From Clostridia bacterium (GTDB lineage Bacteria > Bacillota > Clostridia > Christensenellales > UBA1242): a stretch of DNA of 64,000 bases. The notes under the pieces are model-generated. The model was not told where the DNA came from, made no database searches, and worked only from the letters and a program-made list of their open reading frames with translations. Made by a program: the position numbers and the translations under genes. This document shows, piece after piece, positions 7,101-13,875 of this stretch; the stretch's first letter is position 1; every line of letters begins with the position of its first letter. The stretch lies in assembly GCA_045538175.1 (NCBI GenBank), contig JAZSQZ010000044.1, forward strand, positions 5,031 through 69,030, given 5' to 3'.

Positions 7101-9542
7101 GACTTTATGGACATCTATAATAAGATAACATTAAATAGTATTTCAAAATTTAAAGTTGATGGCGTTTATGACAATATCAAGTTGATAGCAGAAATCAACG
7201 GGGCAAACTTAGTTGATGTCAATGTTGAATTTGATGACGTTAAAGCAAATGTTTCTATCGACAAAAAACAAACAGCAATTTATGTCCCTGACCTTACAGA
7301 TTATTCTAACTTAAATCCTGTTGTTGATATCTTAGGCAAAGTTACAGATACTTTCTCAACAAAGAAATTTGGTTTGTCTACAACAATCGAAGTTATGGGC
7401 GAAAAAATCTCAATCACAGGTTATGCAGACTTAAGCGACTTTGAAAATGGTCCTAAAGTATTTGCAACAGCAACAATTGCAAACACACCTGTATATATCA
7501 CATATTTTGAAGAAGTATTCTACTTTGAAGCAAAGGGCTTAAAGATGAGCGCAACTTTAAGTGAACTTCAACAACTTTTCGAAGTAGATATTAAGAAGTT
7601 TATCGAAACAACCTTAGACGAAACATTAAAGGGAATTGAAAATGATATTAGTGCAATGTTAGAAAGTTTAGATATTCTTGACTCAGTCGTAAAAGAAGAA
7701 AACGGACTTACACTTTGCACATCAATGGGTCTTGACTTAACATTTGTAGAAAGCGCCTCAAAGATTGAAACTATTGTTGTTGATTATGACGATATCGGTC
7801 TTAACGCAACCTTAAATGTTTTGGGTTACACAGGTACAATATCAAAACCAAGTGGAGAATTCACTGTTTATAAAAATGGTATCAAACTTATGAACACATT
7901 TATTGATTTTGTCACAAACGAAACCTTTAATGTTGCAATAAGTGGTACTGCTGCAAGTGAAGCACTCGATTTTGTATTTGATATCAAACAAAAAGATGCA
8001 TATATCACATCAATCAATGCAAAAGGTTCAATCGGTACAGGTACAAATCTTCAAATCGGTTACCTTGGCGAAGAGAAGTATATCTTAGTCAATGGCAATA
8101 AGGTTTATGATTACACCGAAGAACAAGCACAAACTAATACCGTTTATACAAATCCAAGTTTTGTTTTTGTCGATTATAACGGCTTAAAAATCAAACTCGA
8201 CACATTACTCGTTGATAAGATTATAGGATTTGTTACAGGCTTGTTTAATATAGATTTAAGTGTTGTATACGACCTTCTAAATGTAAATATTCCAAGTTAT
8301 GATATGGAAGTTATGCAAGGTTTAGTTACAGGATATGACACAGAAGTCAAACTTCCTGTTGACGAAAATTCTGGTTTAGAAGAAACATTAAATCTTTTAG
8401 AATCAATCAATCTTTCAATGGACGGCACAATCTTAACCGTATCATTAACTGACGGTGGAAAGGCAATTGTAAAAACAGAAGTTGTCGATGGCGTAACACG
8501 TATTGCAACACTCGAACTTGTAGATGTTGCTATGGGTGAAGACAAAATCAATCTTCTTATCGATTTCTATTGCGAACTTCCTAGTGATATGTCAAGCATT
8601 CCATCAAGAGACGATGCAGCATATATGGACCTTAGCACAATTGGAAATTTCTTAGAAACTCTTGTAGATACAGTAAACTTTAAGAGATACAAAATCCAAG
8701 GTGTTGCAACAATTGTTTTAGGAGACTCAGCAACACTTACAGCAATTGATGTTTTCGCAGATATTCAACTTATAAAAACAGAAAAATCTGATGGAACTTA
8801 TGTCTGGAAACCATATATTGTTGCATGGCTTAAGAACTTGCCAGATAGTAATGATGGTATAGTTTCTAGTATTGCAATTGAAAAAGCCGCAAGAGAAAAT
8901 GATGCAACAAATCACCAAACAAGGCTTTATATCGACAGTAATGGTATTTATGTTTATAGAACCGTATACAAATATGTAAAAGTACAAACTGGAAAGAACT
9001 GGTTGGGTTTGCCAACATACGAAAATGTTTATGGTACGCATGTCCTTTCAAAGAAAAAGTTTGGATTTGATGCATTTAGTTCAACAGATGGTATGGTTGA
9101 CTTTATGAATACAGTTATCGGTCTTAGCAACACTATGGAGTGGGTTATCGAAACCGCATTTAAAAACCCAACAACACCTAACGATTATTCGCCAGAAAAA
9201 ATGTTCTATAATGATGTTGCAAACAATAAGCGTTCATATGTTTATAATGGCAGATACAATTTGTTGTTTAATGGTAAATATCTACTAAACAATACAGCTA
9301 TCGGTGACTTAAGTGTTGATATTGGTACAGAAGTTATGGGTGATGGTAATGATTACTTGGCAAGCCTTAATTTTACAATGAATGCAAGCATTGTAAACAT
9401 TAAGTTGTCTGATACAAGGTTGATTGACTATATCAGCCATTCAAGTTATCCAACAATTAATGCTGATATTGGAAACGAATTAGCACAACTTAAAAATGGT
9501 ACAACAAGTTTTGAGGCATATTTCAATGCACTTGCAAGTTAA
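4164..9542 (+). CDS. Giant (1792 aa) N-terminally membrane-anchored modular protein of unknown function
   Basis: Uninterrupted 5.4-kb ORF. RBS AAGGAGGAAAAG precedes the ATG. N-terminal TM helix GIFLLTMCLAAGFVILQFLF. Acidic/Asn-rich beta-type sequence with seven recurring modules. Confidence 0.85.
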   Translation: MTKLKRLLSYSGIFLLTMCLAAGFVILQFLFSNKNSVPELVVSAEDTTFSQVLNKVMNSDNISADFDVTVSFGGENLELAGVLELDLAKILNAGDDIIGALEVSVDCTVLSNGEILPLTIKVKEGMCYTTVANNQLKFKLTDTMQNVGTILTLIGVEIPTGDIMADFDMSNLMGLMENVTTETTENGYKILIPLFDYGTAEIIADKEYNITEINLNELSIEGVVATVQLKVETDKENFEIPVLDEEANGLDVSNLMKFVTAVSNIVSDKQVAGNLTLKTKHFENSFDFGANFNNRNYAYLTSNILGKELQVLANDDNVYLAFNDFKFKASYGEIMSVVNFVKDYIETLTNVSIEEEVQNQLDNLNQENLTISDIFEKLNIVSVDVKDILSALTFENDGNTLVFDYKGVKLVFALNENQLSTIDFSYGDYAISIDLNGTLQEIEVVDSEYVNYTFYQEIYNRIKTFVSSKKVALKTAVVLGENEYVVDIKTDLNKGFDIELKTEILDYNIKVNVLDNILYLQLNEQKVSYALKSGENLANILGGVLKTLDIENLEENAKGEVEKLTQELGEMLNQLLNITEEQVFEILSYFALNYINNNQVDTNIDNYKVSFAVANDNLLDVLVEYKDVKVLVNVSDKDWNFELNKEEYVAVDNINSVVNTVVEIVNNKQVTLTGNVTYKTLTLPVTIKADFNANYVEFNTTVLEKDICLVYTNDKVYLTVDDLKVMATTSEISSLVNMLIEVLNSNGANINVEEITTKVNEATEKISDTTLTNISILDILKTLKLTNQNKDNLTVSYNDVTVSLNQTDGKLGNINFTMPSVVANFDISTTATKKTFVDNDYVKVAEIENIYNKVKAIVDARAMNIVADVKYGDYEFKGSISLDLSDLNDPKLRIYNAYFNEYKVDITYIGNTLYAKINELKVYLAVDLDNIQDVLDKVGYAYNNFTNSNLDIPNIKAMIDDYKQMFEDILNSTEDFDFEDFMDIYNKITLNSISKFKVDGVYDNIKLIAEINGANLVDVNVEFDDVKANVSIDKKQTAIYVPDLTDYSNLNPVVDILGKVTDTFSTKKFGLSTTIEVMGEKISITGYADLSDFENGPKVFATATIANTPVYITYFEEVFYFEAKGLKMSATLSELQQLFEVDIKKFIETTLDETLKGIENDISAMLESLDILDSVVKEENGLTLCTSMGLDLTFVESASKIETIVVDYDDIGLNATLNVLGYTGTISKPSGEFTVYKNGIKLMNTFIDFVTNETFNVAISGTAASEALDFVFDIKQKDAYITSINAKGSIGTGTNLQIGYLGEEKYILVNGNKVYDYTEEQAQTNTVYTNPSFVFVDYNGLKIKLDTLLVDKIIGFVTGLFNIDLSVVYDLLNVNIPSYDMEVMQGLVTGYDTEVKLPVDENSGLEETLNLLESINLSMDGTILTVSLTDGGKAIVKTEVVDGVTRIATLELVDVAMGEDKINLLIDFYCELPSDMSSIPSRDDAAYMDLSTIGNFLETLVDTVNFKRYKIQGVATIVLGDSATLTAIDVFADIQLIKTEKSDGTYVWKPYIVAWLKNLPDSNDGIVSSIAIEKAARENDATNHQTRLYIDSNGIYVYRTVYKYVKVQTGKNWLGLPTYENVYGTHVLSKKKFGFDAFSSTDGMVDFMNTVIGLSNTMEWVIETAFKNPTTPNDYSPEKMFYNDVANNKRSYVYNGRYNLLFNGKYLLNNTAIGDLSVDIGTEVMGDGNDYLASLNFTMNASIVNIKLSDTRLIDYISHSSYPTINADIGNELAQLKNGTTSFEAYFNALAS
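4536..8201 (+). repeat. Seven protein-level modules spaced ~570-640 nt apart inside the giant ORF
   Basis: Anchor motif (aromatic/aliphatic-x-h-x-h-N/D-x-h-K-h) recurs at about nt 4540, 5110, 5710, 6305, 6893, 7512 and 8156. The anchors read MCYTTVANNQLKFKL, NVYLAFNDFKFKAS, ILYLQLNEQKVSYA, KVYLTVDDLKVMAT, TLYAKINELKVYLA, VFYFEAKGLKMSAT and FVFVDYNGLKIKLD. Confidence 0.6.
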
Positions 9543-9546
9543 TTTT

Positions 9547-9585
9547 AAAAACTACTCTATGAAATTGGGGTAGTTTTTTCTTTTT
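9547..9585 (+). terminator. Intrinsic terminator after the giant ORF
   Basis: AAAACTAC ... GTAGTTTT stem followed by a T-run. Confidence 0.6.
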
Positions 9586-9621
9586 ATAAATATTTTATAA
9601 TTACTTGCAAAAACTATTTAT

Positions 9622-10896
9622 ATGAAAAAAATCGCAAGTATTTTACTGTTTTTGTTTGTTTTTGCCTTAAATTTGCCCCAAATTTCGCCTGCAATGGCTG
9701 AAAACGACACAAACAAAGAAAGTTATAATGAACTAAATTACGCCTTAGACGAAGAAAATGGTGGGGGAATTGTTTACAACTTTTTAGTGTTTGACGAAGA
9801 AGGAAATTTGATTTTTGAAAGGTCAAATGTTGAACTTGGAGATATAATTATCACAAAAGATTTCAACAAATATGAGATTGTCGATATTGATATCACAACA
9901 AAAATTGCAAAAGCAAAATTTGTTGAGAAAATAAAAAAACCACAAATTGTTAAAAAACAAAATGGACCAAAAACAAATGATGTTGTTGACAAAAAAATAG
10001 GTTTGTATATGACGCACAACGACGAAAGTTTTGTTATAGGTGACGGGGTGTCAAGCATAAATGGTGCAGGTGGAATTCACGATATTGCAAAAACAATTTC
10101 AACCGAGATGTCAAAACTTGGCATAAAAACAACTTTAGACGAAACCATACATAACCCACACAATTCTCTTGCTTATTCTAGAAGCGAAAAAACTGCAAAA
10201 AAACTTAAAAATATGGGTGTTGATGCTCTTTTTGATATCCATAGAGATGGTGTTGCAAGGTCTGTTTACGTAAAAAACATTGATGGGGTAGATAGGTGTA
10301 AGGTAAGAATTGTCGTAGGGCAGGCAAACCCAAATAAAGATATCAACCTAGAATTTGCAACATATCTTTTTGCAGTTGCAGAAGAGTATTGTCCGTGGTT
10401 ATTTTTAGATATTTACCTAGCAAAAGGGCATTATAATCAGTCGCTTAGCCCAAAGTCGCTTTTGTTTGAAATGGGCACATATCTTGCCGAAAAAGATTTG
10501 GTTAAAAACACAGTGCCTTACCTTGTGTCCGTTATAAACACAACGCTATATTCAGCAACCGTTGAAGATACAAATTCTGCACCAAATGACGATAAAAACG
10601 AAGTTATTGATAGTGGAAATATTGAAAACGGTGGTAGCAATATAACACCTGATATAAATAATAATGTAGATAGTAAAACACCAATTGATAAAATTGTTAT
10701 CGATAACAACATAGCACAAGAAAACACTATTTCTAATATACTAGATAGTAAGGTGGAAAGTGGTGGAAAAGTGGATATCTTAAGACTAATTTTAAGAATT
10801 GTTTTATTTTTAAATGTTACCGTAGGTATACTTTTCGTGCTTTATTATTTTTATATTAGAAGGAAAGAAGAAAAACAGAAAAGAAGAGAAAAATAA
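9622..10896 (+). CDS. spoIIP: Stage II sporulation protein P (SpoIIP family amidase/peptidase) with an unusual C-terminal extension and TM helix
   Basis: Core segments IGLYMTHNDESF ... IHDIAK ... FDIHRDG ... VRIVVGQANPN ... LFEMGT match the SpoIIP pattern. N-terminal signal-like peptide. The C-terminal ~110 aa are Asn/Asp-rich and end in a TM helix plus a KR-rich tail. Confidence 0.75.
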   Translation: MKKIASILLFLFVFALNLPQISPAMAENDTNKESYNELNYALDEENGGGIVYNFLVFDEEGNLIFERSNVELGDIIITKDFNKYEIVDIDITTKIAKAKFVEKIKKPQIVKKQNGPKTNDVVDKKIGLYMTHNDESFVIGDGVSSINGAGGIHDIAKTISTEMSKLGIKTTLDETIHNPHNSLAYSRSEKTAKKLKNMGVDALFDIHRDGVARSVYVKNIDGVDRCKVRIVVGQANPNKDINLEFATYLFAVAEEYCPWLFLDIYLAKGHYNQSLSPKSLLFEMGTYLAEKDLVKNTVPYLVSVINTTLYSATVEDTNSAPNDDKNEVIDSGNIENGGSNITPDINNNVDSKTPIDKIVIDNNIAQENTISNILDSKVESGGKVDILRLILRIVLFLNVTVGILFVLYYFYIRRKEEKQKRREK

Positions 10897-10935
10897 GTAT
10901 TTTTTTTAAATAAAAAATTAGGGTAAAAGTAATAG

Positions 10936-10965
10936 AAAAAACACAAAAGTTTTTGTGTTTTTTTG
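10936..10965 (+). terminator. Intrinsic terminator after spoIIP
   Basis: ACACAA ... TTGTGT stem flanked by an A-run and a T-run. Confidence 0.55.
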
Positions 10966-10986
10966 TTGTAAAGTGAAACTATTTTC

Positions 10987-11015
10987 TTTACAAACATAGT
11001 CATTTGTGCTATTAT
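10987..11015 (+). promoter_or_regulatory. Promoter TTTACA-17-(TGTGc)TATTAT for pnuC
   Basis: -35 at 10987-10992 and extended -10 at 11005-11015. It lies inside the track ORF's N-terminal extension, which supports the internal ATG at 11043 (RBS AAGGAAG). Confidence 0.55.
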
Positions 11016-11042
11016 TTTTCTTGTTTTAAAAGGAAGAATTTT

Positions 11043-11912
11043 ATGGAAAACGAAAAGAAAAGTTTTGGTGTAAAACTTAAAGAGTTTTTAAAATCATTTA
11101 CACCTTATCAAATTATTTATCTATCATCAGTTTTTGTTCTTGTTGCACTTTTTGCAATATTCTTACCAGAAGAAATGCTTGAAGATATGAGCAATCCTTT
11201 GGTTATCACTTGTTCTGTCATTGCTGTCCTTGCAAACCCTGTTTGCGAACTTTTGATTGCAAAGCAAAGCAAATGGAACTTTATTGTATCAATCCTATTT
11301 ATTGAAATTACAGAGTCAATCTTATATTTCTCACTTGGATATTATTCAGTTGCTTTAATCTCAGTTATTTTCTGGGTACCTATTGACATTATTTCATTTA
11401 TCGATTGGCACAAACACCCTGATAGAGAAGAAGAAGTTTTAACCGAAGTTAGACGCCTTAATTGGTGGCAAGATATTATCGTTGTTGGTTTAATCTTTGC
11501 TTTTGGTTTTGGTGTTGGCTACCTATTAACTTTAATCCCAGGGGCAGAGGACACATATCTTGACGCATTTGTAAGTGCTGTTGGTATGGCAAACGGTATT
11601 TTGATTTTACTTAGATACAACGAACAATGGATTGCTTGGTTTATCACACTTATCTTAGATGCAGCACTTATGATTGTAAGTGGAAGTTACATTATGCTTA
11701 TCACAATCGCAGCAATGATGGTAAACACTATCTATGGTTTTGTAAAATGGTTTATCTACACAAGCAAACAAAAGAAATTAGCACAAGAAAACATTGAAAC
11801 AAAAGAAGACGCAGTCAAAGAAGAAAACAGTACTGAAAAAACTGAAGAAAAAACTGAAGAAAAAAATGTAAGCGAAAAGAAAGAAAAAAAACAAAAAGCA
11901 AAAAATAACTAA
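11043..11912 (+). CDS. pnuC: Nicotinamide riboside / NMN transporter PnuC family
   Basis: About 7 TM helices. PnuC-like segments NPVCELLIAKQSKWNF ... WVPIDIISFIDW ... NEQWIAWFI. Lys/Glu-rich C-terminal tail. Confidence 0.65.
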   Translation: MENEKKSFGVKLKEFLKSFTPYQIIYLSSVFVLVALFAIFLPEEMLEDMSNPLVITCSVIAVLANPVCELLIAKQSKWNFIVSILFIEITESILYFSLGYYSVALISVIFWVPIDIISFIDWHKHPDREEEVLTEVRRLNWWQDIIVVGLIFAFGFGVGYLLTLIPGAEDTYLDAFVSAVGMANGILILLRYNEQWIAWFITLILDAALMIVSGSYIMLITIAAMMVNTIYGFVKWFIYTSKQKKLAQENIETKEDAVKEENSTEKTEEKTEEKNVSEKKEKKQKAKNN

Positions 11913-11916
11913 AAAT

Positions 11917-11948
11917 AAAAACGACTAAGAAAACTTAGTCGTTTTTTT
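11917..11948. terminator. Bidirectional intrinsic terminator between the convergent pnuC and ispH
   Basis: ACGACTAAG-AAAA-CTTAGTCGT, flanked by an A-run and a T-run. Confidence 0.8.
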
Positions 11949-12825
11949 AATTTAGAATTTTGTTTAGGTTGTCTTTAACTTTTAAAATATCTTCTTGCAT
12001 AGTTGAAGCGCCTGCTGTTATGCCGATTGTTTTTGCAAAAGATAATTCTTCTTTGTTTATATCAAAAACTTCATTAGGGTCTTCAATCTTGTATGTTTTT
12101 GTGTAGTTTGATATGTTTAAAAACAACTCTTTTGTGTTGCTTGAGTTTTTGCCCCCTATTACAAACATAATGTCACATTTTTTTGCTAACACTACGCTTG
12201 CATCGTTTATGTTTTTTTGTGCATTACAAATTGTGTTTTTAAATTCAAAAACCTTATTTTCTTTTTCAAGTTTGTTTTTTATTTTTTCGATAAACAAACT
12301 TGCCTTGTCTTTTGAAAATGTTGTTTGCACTGCAAGAAAATATTTATCAAAACCAAGGTCAATATTTTCGATTTCGCTTTCGTCTTCAATCAAAATTGGG
12401 TTTTCGCACCACCCAGATGTGCCCCTAACTTCAGGGTGTATAGGTTTAGCGTCAAAACCGTGTTTTCCGATTAGAATAATCTTAAAACCTTCGCTTTGTT
12501 TTTTCTCGACAAGTTTGTTTATTGCCAAAACGTTTGGGCAAGTGCAATCAAGATATTTTATGTTGTTGTCTTCAAAATATTTATAAGTGTCCTTTGGTTC
12601 TCCGTGGGCACGAATAATAACAAAGTCGTCTTTTGTTATATCTTCTAAGTTTTCTTTTGTTAAAGCGCCATTTTCTTCTAGGTGTTTTTTTACTGTTTTA
12701 TTGTGTAAAATTTCTTTAAACAAAACGACGTTTTTTTCTTTTTTTATTGTGTTAAAAGTTTCTGTTATTGCTCTGTTTGAACCATAACACAATCCGCATA
12801 CAGGGGATATTTCAATGTTTACCAT
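11947..12825 (-). CDS. ispH: 4-hydroxy-3-methylbut-2-enyl diphosphate reductase (IspH/LytB)
   Basis: CGLCYGSNRAI ... IIRAHGEP ... DCTCPNV ... ICNAQ ... VIGGKNSSNT ... AGASTM. Start moved to the MVNIEISP ATG at 12823-12825, which has RBS AGGAG. The longer track ORF overlaps the divergent promoter. Confidence 0.9.
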   Translation of the reverse strand: MVNIEISPVCGLCYGSNRAITETFNTIKKEKNVVLFKEILHNKTVKKHLEENGALTKENLEDITKDDFVIIRAHGEPKDTYKYFEDNNIKYLDCTCPNVLAINKLVEKKQSEGFKIILIGKHGFDAKPIHPEVRGTSGWCENPILIEDESEIENIDLGFDKYFLAVQTTFSKDKASLFIEKIKNKLEKENKVFEFKNTICNAQKNINDASVVLAKKCDIMFVIGGKNSSNTKELFLNISNYTKTYKIEDPNEVFDINKEELSFAKTIGITAGASTMQEDILKVKDNLNKILN

Positions 12826-12876
12826 AATTACTCCTACAATCATTATACAAAAAATTTTCAAATCATAAAACAATAA

Positions 12877-12905
12877 TTGACAAAATTTTACCCCTTTTTT
12901 ATAAT
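12877..12905 (+). promoter_or_regulatory. Perfect consensus promoter TTGACA-17-TATAAT; -10 ends 6 nt before the ATG at 12912
   Basis: TTGACA at 12877-12882 and TATAAT at 12900-12905. No Shine-Dalgarno sequence between the -10 box and the ATG. Confidence 0.7.
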
Positions 12906-12911
12906 GTCCGT

Positions 12912-13556
12912 ATGGATACAATTTATATATTATCGCAAGTGTTTGTTGTGCTTGCGTATGCTTTTAATTTTTCAACATATCTGTTTAGAAACAGAACATT
13001 GATTGTTATATGCAATCTTATATCTTCTTGCCTTTCAATTGTTTCACTTTTCTTTTTGTCAGCCTGGACAGGTCTTGGAAATGTCGTCATCGGGGTATTA
13101 AGAAACGTTGCATTTATGATAAGAGATAAGGCCTGTGGTAAGGCAGACTACATCACAAAAACCGATTGGTGTATTTATGCAGGCATCGAAGTTGCAACAA
13201 TAACTGTTGGAATTTTAACCTATGCCGGAATTCCAAGTATTATTGCAATGTTTAGTATGTCGGCAAACTCACTTGCAATAACTCAAAAAAATCCTTTCCT
13301 ATATAAAATTGTAAATATCCCTGCAAGTCTTACATATGTTGTGTATAATTTCTTAATCACATCATATTTTGGTGCAATTTGTGAGACAGTTATATTTATA
13401 ACAATCATTGTAGGTATCATAAGAGACAGCATATATTATAAGAAACAAAACGTAAGTCCGTTTGACTTAAAAGCAATAAATAAACTAAAAAAACAACAAG
13501 AAACAATAGAAAATATATCCCCAAAATTAGAAGAAAATGTGGATAATTCCCTTTAA
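12912..13556 (+). CDS. Small polytopic membrane protein (possibly YgjV-like)
   Basis: 214 aa with about 6 hydrophobic helices and a hydrophilic C-terminal tail. The family assignment is only a guess. Confidence 0.55.
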   Translation: MDTIYILSQVFVVLAYAFNFSTYLFRNRTLIVICNLISSCLSIVSLFFLSAWTGLGNVVIGVLRNVAFMIRDKACGKADYITKTDWCIYAGIEVATITVGILTYAGIPSIIAMFSMSANSLAITQKNPFLYKIVNIPASLTYVVYNFLITSYFGAICETVIFITIIVGIIRDSIYYKKQNVSPFDLKAINKLKKQQETIENISPKLEENVDNSL

Positions 13557-13622
13557 AATACTGAAAAGTAAGGAAAATCACAACAAATTTTAAAAAAACT
13601 TCAACTTTTTTTAAAAAAGGGG

Positions 13623-13651
13623 TTGACAGATACTAGATATGGTGGTATTCT
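13623..13651 (+). promoter_or_regulatory. Promoter TTGACA-17-(TGg)TATTCT
   Basis: TTGACA at 13623-13628, 17-nt spacer, TATTCT at 13646-13651 preceded by TGG. Confidence 0.6.
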
Positions 13652-13657
13652 TTCTTT

Positions 13658-13807
13658 CGTTGGAGACACGACTTTGAAAACTAAATTAAGCAAAAATCTA
13701 CTATTTATTATTATGGAAACACTCAGCATATAGAAACTATATGTAGATTTTTTGTGCAATCAAAAAGTTTAGAACATCTGCATATGGTTATGCGGGTGTT
13801 TTTTTTA
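13658..13807 (+). ncRNA. Candidate structured 5' leader or small RNA: boxA-like element plus two terminator-like hairpins
   Basis: ACTTTGAAAACTAAATTAAG lies at about 13670-13689. Hairpin 1 is AAAATCTAC (13693-13701) / GTAGATTTT (13743-13751) plus Ts. Hairpin 2 is ACATCTGCATA (13774-13784) / TATGCGGGTGT (13789-13799), 11 bp including G-U pairs, followed by T8. Confidence 0.35.
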
Positions 13808-13875
13808 TTGTTATATCCGTATTTAGCAGACAATTGAAGTTTTAAAAGTGTTTTTGATAAAAGGAGAAATTAGAG

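Noticed and set aside
4244-9075. Numerous minus-strand ORFs (60-104 aa) inside the giant gene. Similar antisense ORFs lie inside spoIIP, ispH, spoIIE, pflB, pepD, thyX, fbp and other genes.
   Set aside because: They are frame shadows of long, well-supported genes in an AT-rich genome. They have biased Ser/Phe/Ile-rich composition and no RBS or independent signals.
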